Positions 55,860 to 64,000 of a DNA stretch of 64,000 nt are shown here, one piece after another. Both the position numbers and the translations under genes were made by a program. Under the pieces are notes generated by a model. It had not been told where the DNA came from and made no database searches. It worked only from the letters and a program-made list of their open reading frames with translations. Each line of letters begins with the position of its first letter. Position 1 is the first letter of the stretch. This DNA is from Leucoraja ocellata (taxonomy: Eukaryota), in NCBI GenBank assembly GCA_036785375.1, contig JAWMAR010000067.1:3410001-3474000 (forward strand), given 5' to 3'.

Positions 55860-56320
55860 TGGAGGGACTGTGGAGCGGCCAGCTGCGGGCAGCGGCGCTG
55901 ACCTTAAACATCGCGGAGCCTGGGATCTCTCGCCGAGATCGCCAATGGTGGAGCTCCGTCCAGCGCGTTGGCTTCGGAAGCCACGGTCTCCGGTAAGGAT
56001 GCGGCCGTTCCAGGCATCCCAAGCTGCTGAGAGGATTCTTCCAACGCCGGAGCACCATCACCCGGCGAGAAGGGTCTTAAAACATCGGCCCCCGTAAAGG
56101 CGACTGCGGTGGCCTCAATGGGCCTGACTATGGGTGGACATGGGGATGGGGACTGGACTTTGTGCCTTCCCCCACAGTGGGAACCATTGTGGGGGATGTT
56201 TTTATGTTTACATTTCTTTACTATTGTTATGTATGTATTCTTTTTAATGTGCTGCAATGGCAACTTGAATTTCACTACACCAATTGGTGTATGTGACAAT
56301 AAATGAACCTTTGAACTTTT
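55860..56320 (+). mobile_element. GC-rich non-autonomous retroelement, 3' part
   Basis: Hairpin 56168-56196, terminal stem-loop, gacaataaa and (TTTGAAC)-like tail. Confidence 0.65.
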
Positions 56321-56794
56321 GAAGATTAGAGGTTGTTCAGCCAGAGCTGAACACACTTCTCGGCATCTGCATACAATGGTGTCTGTCTTGCGCTTCTTGT
56401 GCGTGGTGGTGGACAGATTGGTGAAAACAGGGCCGCAACGTGAACACTCTTTCCTTGACCCCACTTCCACATTAATCTTTGTACACAGTTTTCCAAAATT
56501 GGCCTTACCAAACTCTTCAAAAGATGACGTCTCAGCTACTGGACGCAATACCCTGACTGATGAACAGTGGCGTGCCAAACACCTTCTTCACCACCCTGTC
56601 TACTTGTATAGCCAACTTCATGGAACTATATATTTGTACCCTTAGTCCATATTATATAAGATCTTTTCTAAATTAAATCGACAAAACATAAACATTACAC
56701 GTATTAACTGGTGAAATTTCTTCAATGATTTACACATTTTATCTTGAATTCTTTATGGTACTTCTGGTTCTTTTTGTCAATTAAACTTCTATGG

Positions 56795-57082
56795 CAGGGG
56801 TCAGAAACCTTGTTCTGCATAGGGGCCAGGACCCACGTTTGTGAGCGGATGGTGGGCCACATTGATCGCCATTGTGTAATGCTTTGTGTTATTTTTTGCA
56901 TTCATTTTCACGTGTTTTTTAATTCGTTTTCTGCAGTTCCCAGGTCCCTCGCTGACTGGCTGTAGTGCCCAGGTTGCCTTCGTGCCCCGGGATTGGCTGG
57001 GATTTGAAAACTAATTGAAAAAAAATACGCATGCGGGCCGGATAATTTTGGGTTACGGGCCGGTTCCGGATGCCGACCCCTG
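56795..57082. mobile_element. hAT (Charlie-like) MITE
   Basis: Termini caggggtcag / ccgacccctg; perfect 8-bp TSD ttctatgg. Confidence 0.88.
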
Positions 57083-57665
57083 TTCTATGGAATAGTTGTC
57101 TATGAGAATGCAAGCAAGAATTACGTAACAGCTGCTTTGGTTAATAGAAAAGGTACAGAGGGATATGGGCCAAACGCGGGGAGGTGGGACTAGTGTAATT
57201 GGGGCATCTTGGTCGGCATGGACAAGTTGGACCGAAAGGCCAGTTTCCGTGCTGTGTGACTATTTATGTACTGAATCCAGAGAACATGCAGTTTTCAGTA
57301 ATCAAACAAATGGCATGGTTTAAGTTATCATTTTGACTTTCTTCAAAAAGTGTGGTCATTTATACTGTAGAAACAAGGAACTACAGATGATGGTTTACAA
57401 AACAAAACTGCTGGAATAACTCAGTGGGTTGGGCATTACCACTGAGACATGGATAGGTGACGTATCAGTTCATCTACCATTTTTTCCAGAGGTGCTGCTT
57501 GACCTGCTGAGTACTCCAGTACTTTATCGTAGGTCATAACATTGATAACACAAATCAGGTTCTGCATTGGTATATACATTTTTAAATGTTAGGATACACT
57601 GATTTACTTTGGTATTCAAATATATGCTGAGAGCATGCCAAGTGTGTAGAATTTGCAATCCTTAC

Positions 57666-57789
57666 CTCTGAACTCTCGATGGAGGTGCAAACACACCATG
57701 CTTTGGCTGACAGGTGAAATATTGCACGCCCCCTACGGAGCCATTGTTTCTGCCATTCGGTTTATCCAATTCAATCCCATACCAATAAC
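57666..57789 (-). CDS. CLIP4: CLIP4 internal coding exon (124 bp), C-terminal half of a CAP-Gly domain
   Basis: Minus strand tttcatag|GT TAT TGG...CAG AG|gtaag translates to (G)YWYGIELDKPNGRNNGSVGGVQYFTCQPKHGVFAPPSRVQR. This is a CAP-Gly GKNDG-type motif. GSVGGVQYF and FAPPSRVQR match CLIP4 better than CLIP3 (recalled sequences, no search run). Confidence 0.93.
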
Positions 57790-59376
57790 CTATGAAATGA
57801 CATATTAAAAAAAAATGCACAGCATTAATAACATAATTCTATCTATGTCCATCCTGAATTGAATAGACAAAGGTGGCATTTGACTCTCATTGAAATTTGC
57901 AAGTTATCATTTTTGCGAACCCAAACTATACTTGTAAGATGTTCCATTCAGTGGTGGAACAGACCATTTTCTTGAGCATCCCCACTGGCTGCCTAATATA
58001 ATATGGCTCTTTCATCATTAACTGAGGAGGTTGATGACTGTCTTACACCTAACAAGGTAAAGAAACAGGGATGAATAGAGTAGGAGCTAAAGATAGACAC
58101 AAAGTACCAGAGTAACTCAGCGGGTCAGGTAGCATCTCTGGAGAAAAAGTAGGAGTTAGATCAGGTCTGCTTAGAACTTACACAATTTTTAAAAAATCAT
58201 TGTGGAACCAAACAAAAAATATGCCCTTTGCATTACCATTCTTTAATTGCTCCCCATAGCTAACTCGCACCATTATCATCACCATCTCCCATTCTATCCC
58301 TTACTTTATATCCGCAACTCCCCCATCCTGACTACGTCTACATTTTAGGCCACAGCTAATAAGACAATTGGTTAAGGACTTATTCTCCAAAAATGGATGA
58401 TTTACATATGTGATGGCAACAGTAGAAATAATGATTATTTAAACATGCTGAAAAGGTATTTATTCTGCAACAAACAATCTGCTGGACGAGCTCAGGGGTT
58501 GTCGATGTTTCAGGTCAAAATCCTACATTAGGATCCATTTCAATCCAAAACATTGACAATTCCACACCCTCCACCCCTCCTAAAGATACTGATTGACCCA
58601 ATGAGTTCCTCCTGCAGACTGTATATTGCACCAGATTCCAACACCTGACATCTCTTGTGGCTCCAATATATTTAATCAGTTACTTTTAAAAGTTACATTT
58701 GTATGTGATCCTTCTCACCCAAGCATTTGGCACGGTTGACAACACAAGATTCCAACAGTGCCTCTCCAGCATCATCTACCTGGGTGGTTCTGCACGTACC
58801 CAGTTCCATTCTTAGCTATCCAGTCCTAGTTATAGAATTAGGCAATCATTTATATCTCACGCCTGCACCATTAACTCTCATGTTCCAAAGACGTATCCTT
58901 GGCCCTACTTACCTCTCAACTACATACTATCCCAAATCAACAAGATCTGAAAATGTAGCATCAGTTTCTACATGTATGCCACTGTTACAGTTCTACCTAC
59001 AAATACCACTCTTGCTACTCTTCATTGTTTATAAAGTAGCACAATGCTTGTTTGACATTCAGTACCGGAGAGCGGAGATTGTTCGAAGGATGAAGCCACT
59101 GCATTCAGTATTCTCTATAAATTCCACTTGATGCGCACCAATTTCACCCCTCCATCTGTCAATTGTCAGAACCTAGAAATTTTTCTTCACTTGTCTATCT
59201 CAACATTTTCCTGTCCACTTTCATTTGTTCTGTCTTTTGGAAACTTGAAGTCATCTAAAACTCTTCTTTCTGCGACCTAACTCACAATAAGTCCCAGACA
59301 TCCACTAATTTAGCCTGGCTCCAGGCTAAGCAATTTGAAAATTCTTATCTCGGTTTGATTACTTCTCTTATCCTTA

Positions 59377-60459
59377 TCCTTACAACTATAAAACTCTGAT
59401 CTTGGATGTGTGTGGGTGTGTATGTGTATAATCACATCTGCTCGAAAAAACGACGCCCTAATGGTAAAATCTTTACATATTCCGATAGAAGTTTATCCTG
59501 TGGACTCCGAAATTGCCTCATCTGAAAAAGCATGCATTATTTCTCAAGTTATTAATCAAAATGTTCGCAAATCTCAAATAACTTGGAAAATAAAACCGCT
59601 GGCATTGGCTGATCACGTGATGACGTCACAATGGCTGCACGCTGTGTTCACGCGCTGCGAGTGACGTCGCCCGGTCACACCATCGCAAGCCCAGCCCAGG
59701 TATTCACAAATCTGAAAGACCTTTGAAAAAACCCTTGCTGTCTTCTTGCTCGCACTGCGAGAGACGTCACTCCCCCCCCCCCCCCCCCCCCGACCACTCC
59801 CCCAGTTCTCGGTCCCTGCCTGCAGCCTACAGCCTGCAGCGAAGGAGCCGGCAGCAAGGGAGTATTGCGTTCGGGAACCAGCCCTCCCCTGTGACGACGT
59901 GCCCCCACCCCTCTCCCTCTCTGCTCCCCATTCTCCCTCTCTGCCCCCTCACGCTTCCTCTAGCCCCTCTCCCTCTCTGTGCCTCTGTGTCCCTCTGTGC
60001 GTCTGTGTCCCTCTCTGTGCGTCTTTGTCCCTCTCTGTGCCTCTGTGTCCCTCCCTTTGCCTGTTTCCCTCTCTATGCCTGTGTCCCTCTCTGTGCCTCT
60101 GTGTCCCTCTCTGAGCCTGTGTCCCTCTCTGTGCCCCTCTCTGTGCCTCTGTGTCCCTGTGTCGCTCTCTGTGCCTCTGTGTCCCTTTCTCTCTACCCAC
60201 CTACCTCTCTAGCCACGCCTGCGAGTTGAGGGCTATGCGTGAGTGGATAGGGCGGGGGGTGGGGTAAAAGAAGTGAATGAATAATATTAATATAATATCA
60301 ATGGGGGTGGTTAGTGTGTGTGTGGAGGTGGTTAGTGCGCGCGTGTGTGTGTGTGTGGGGGGGGGGGTTGGTTAGTGTGTGTGTGGCACCGCAGGCAGGC
60401 CCCTCCCCCCGCAACCGCGCGTTGAGTGGACGGGACCCAACAGGTCCCACTTGGTCTAG
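59377..60459 (+). mobile_element. Non-autonomous Helitron with (TGTGTCCCTCTC)-like minisatellite
   Basis: 5' a|tc..ctataaaactctgatc (start uncertain by ~6 bp). 3' hairpin GGGACC-caaca-GGTCCC (60432-60448), then CTAG|T. Confidence 0.85.
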
Positions 60460-60571
60460 TTATCTGTAAAATTGTCTCTATTTCAACAATTTTCCAAGAT
60501 ATCTGGATATCATAGAATTCCTTCGCTGCACCGTTGTCCCTCATTCCTCCTTCAAGGCTCCTTAGAACCTA

Positions 60572-60825
60572 CAGTGCCTCCATAATGTTTGGGACAAAGA
60601 CCCATCATTTATTTATTTACCTCTGTACTCCACAATTTGAGATTTGCAATAGAAAAAAATCACATGTGGTTAAATTGCAAATTGTCAGATTTTAATAAAG
60701 GCCATTTTTATACATTTTGGTTTTACCATGTAGAAATTACAGCAGTGTTTGTACATAGTCCCCCCCATTTCAGGGCACCATAATGTTTGGGACACAGCAA
60801 TGTCGAGTAAATGAAAGTACTCATG
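60572..60825 (-). mobile_element. Isolated right end of the same Tc1 family
   Basis: TA|cagtgcctccataatgtttgggacaaag TIR. The inner sequence is the reverse complement of ~3170-3210. Confidence 0.88.
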
Positions 60826-61954
60826 TGGGTGTGTGTGGGCGGGTGGTGTGGAGGGGAGGGGTGTGTGTGTGGGCGGGGTGTGTGTGTGGGCGGGGGGATT
60901 GTGGGCAGGGGGTGAGCAGGGGGTGTTGTGGAGGAGGGGTTTATGGGTGGGGAGGGTTGTATGGGGAGGAGGGATGGGTTGTGGGGGGGAGGGGAGGTTT
61001 GTGGGGGGGAGGGGAGGTTTGTGGGAGGGGGAGGGAGTTGTGGGGGGGTTGTGGGGTAAGGGAGGGTTGTGGGTGAGAGGGGTGTGTGGGCGAGGCGGTG
61101 TGGCGTTGTGGGGGGGAACGTTGTGGGGGTGTGTGGGCAGCGGAGGTTGTGTGGGGGAGGGGTTGTGTGGGAGGGGGGTGTGGGAGGGGAGGGGTTGTGG
61201 GGGGAGGGGTGTGTGGGAGGGGTGTGTGTGGGCAGGGGGGTTGTAAGGGGGGGAGGGGTGTGGGGGAGGAGGGGGGGAGTGGTGTGGGGGCTGGGGGTAG
61301 TGGTGTGTGGGTGGGGGGGGAGGGGTGTGGCGCAGGGGGGAGAGCTCAGAGAAAAGACGGGGAAGAGCCATAGGGAAGAGTGCGGTATCACGGGGGAAGG
61401 GGGCAGGAGCCAGTGAGGGGGACCAGAGGGGAAGGGGTTGGCCGTGCGATGGGGACTCACAGCGGTCTTTGGTCGCTGGCCGCTGGTCACTTCGCTGGCC
61501 ACTGGTTGCGCTCCTCCGCCGGGATCAGAATCTCCACTTTCCGTTTGGTGACATCGGTGCCATTTCCGACCACCTCGAGCTGGGTCGGCCCTTTTTCCGA
61601 AAATTGTGTCCGGTTGGAAACCGCCGCTGGCCATCCAGGGCCTCCCGCAGCTGCAGTAAAGACATGATGGCGCAGGAAGGGGCGGACCGTCCTGCGGAGT
61701 GACAGTAGAAGGGACCAATCCGCGCGGCTCTGAATGGCAGGAGAGGCAATCGATCTGTGCACGCGCGTTTTTTAAGATTTTTAAACCCCCGATAAGTCTT
61801 AGCTGCTTCCACCGATCAGAACGAAACTTGGTGCAATCGCAGCACAGGAGAACGGTGAGTAAGCTGGCGAAAAATCGTAGCGCTATCGCGTACCGTTTTT
61901 GTGCAAATAGAATGACCGCCATACCGGAAGATAACCAGATCAGAGTTTTATAGA
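60826..61954 (-). mobile_element. Helitron-like element (5' end present, 3' end not seen) with G-rich minisatellite
   Basis: Minus strand a|tctataaaactctgatc, the same start motif as the 59377 element. (GGGTTGTGGGG)-like array at ~60826-61340. Confidence 0.65.
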
Positions 61955-63286
61955 TAACCATATATATTATGATATATGCATCCACCTACAGATATACAAT
62001 TCTGCTCAATTTTTACTTAGTTATTGTGCTTATTGAAAATATCAGCCCTTTATGCACCAACGTTGAAAAAGCATAAAGTTAATCTTCAACACAAATATAT
62101 ATTCCAGTATTTTTTTTATTTCTGTATTGCAAAGTAAATATTTTCTTGAATAAAAATTCAAACAGTACTTAAAGAATTAACCATCACAGAAGAATGGCAA
62201 CATTGTTTTTACGCTTATTCTTATGGTGACTTACTAAAGTTATTTTTTTCTTCTAATCGCCACCAGAATTTTACTTTCAATATCAGTATGGCACAGAGGA
62301 AAATGTGATAATGAACCTGTCTCATCTAATACTGACCACATTTTATCAAAGGAAATTAGATCGGGCTGGAGGAAAAGATGGAAGATCAGGTCACTAGCTT
62401 TTTCCCTTTGTGACATGGACCCATGAGAATAAACACAGGGACATTAATTTGTCTAGCAAATGTTCCCAAGGCAATTCAAAGCCAGTAAATTACTTATGGA
62501 GTACAATCATCCCTGTAGTATGTGATAAATAAAACAACCAAACTACACACAACAATGAGATAAATGATCTCGTAATGTTTTTGTAATGTTTGAGTAAATG
62601 ATAAATGTTGGCTAGGAAATTAGGAAAATTCCCTGAAGACTTCAAATAGTACCACAGGATCGACAATATAAGCCCTTGATATTCAGCATATTCAACACCA
62701 AATATACTGAAGCACTCCTCCTTTTGCATTAAAGTGGCCATCTGGGTATATACTCAGTTGTCTGTACTGCAGCTTGAATCTATGACCTCCAGCTCAGAAA
62801 CCAATGAGCAATAACAACCAGCAGACAATGGAATTACTGCATTTGGGCAACATGGTCAGCTTAGACACTGTGGCAATGGGGCTGTTTCTGTGCCATATGA
62901 TTCCATGAGTAACCACTGAGTTAAGACTGGCACTTCATAAAGAAGAAGGTATAATTAATTGTTTAAGAAGGAACTGCAGATGCTGGAAAAATCGAAGGTA
63001 GATATAAATGCTGGAGAAACTCAGCGGGTGAGGCAGCATCTATAAAGCGAAGGAATAGGTGACGTTTTGGGTCGAGACCCTTTTTCAGACTTGTGACAAT
63101 TACAATTTGTGGTATAATTCCAAAAGAGATTTTATCAAAATATTCTGGAACAATTAGTTCTGTTCAATTTTATTTCATACAAAAAAAGTAAGATAACAGC
63201 TATAGCAATAACTCTGATTTCTATACTATTAACTGATCTATGAGAAAATCCATTGACACCCAAACCCAAGTATCGTTACGACTTCA

Positions 63287-63517
63287 TGTGCAGGAAGGAA
63301 CTGCAGATGCTGGTTTATACCAATGATAGACACAAAATGTTGGAGTAACTCAGCGGGTCAGGCAGCATCTCTGGAGAATAGGAATGAGTGATGTTTCAGG
63401 TCTGAACCCATCTTAAGACCCTTGCGAAGAAGGGTTCTGACCTGAAACGTCACCTATTCTTTTTTTCCAGAGAAGCTGCCTGACCTGCTGAGTTACTCCA
63501 GCACTTTGTGTCTATCA
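63287..63517. mobile_element. Inverted-pair Penelope-derived short element with 11-bp TSD
   Basis: Mirror arms around a ~15-nt centre, flanked by ttacgacttca (63276-63286, 63518-63528). Confidence 0.8.
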
Positions 63518-64000
63518 TTACGACTTCAAATGTCTTTGATGGACTTGTGACAATTACAATTTGTGGTATGAAGTCTATAAATATACCTCACAATTGATGC
63601 TTAATTTTTTTTAATGGTGCATGTTCAACTTTAAATATTTTACCAGTTGGGCGTAATCTATATTCTCAACAGGAAAGATTTTTATACTGATTGTTCAGCC
63701 GTTTTTCAATCAGCACCCTCTAATGTATAATATAGCTCATTATCCATGTAGCTGCTATGATTCTTTACAACATGACATTTCACTATAATGTCAGCTATGC
63801 TTCAGTTGCAGGCAATCTTGCAGCTTGAAAGTTTTAGGTTGCAGACTCTCACTAGAAAATGAGTCTATAATCCAGGCTGACACTTCAACACCTCATTGAT
63901 GAAGCACTAAATGTTAGGATTCTCAGATTATAGCCTAAAGCCCCATTGAGCCGGATGGAAAAGGTCCCCATGCACAATTTAACAAAGTGCAAGAGAGTTC

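Noticed and set aside
59723-60229. Repetitive Cys/Leu/Ser ORFs
   Set aside because: Products of the TGTGTCCCTCTC minisatellite.
60685-61985. Long Pro/His/Thr-rich ORFs (228 and 420 aa)
   Set aside because: Translations of a G-rich minisatellite inside a Helitron-like element; no domain content.

Overview
Eukaryotic, repeat-rich vertebrate genomic DNA. The repeat landscape suggests a cartilaginous fish, probably a skate or ray (inference). The whole window appears to lie inside the 3' half of a minus-strand CLIP4 (CAP-Gly linker protein 4) gene. Three small coding exons are identifiable by eye (57666-57789, 38499-38563, 21622-21697), with GT-AG boundaries and compatible phases; none is called in the correct frame by the ORF track. 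The introns are filled with nested, mostly decayed mobile DNA: an IR/DR-type Tc1 split by a Rex1/Babar LINE, many CR1 fragments and tRNA-derived V-SINEs, a Mag-like Gypsy element with a tRNA-Ser PBS, a Penelope fragment, non-autonomous Helitrons, and hAT and Harbinger MITEs. The most interesting signals are RNA-structural. (1) About 20 short Penelope-terminus-derived units carry a minimal hammerhead ribozyme core, often as inverted pairs and with their own TSDs. (2) A GC-rich non-coding retroelement family keeps a covarying hairpin and a LINE-like 3' stem-loop. (3) A Tx1 element retains ORF1 but has lost almost all of ORF2. I cannot claim a wholly new system: hammerheads in Penelope-like elements are already known. 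Repeat boundaries are approximate unless a TSD or terminus is quoted.
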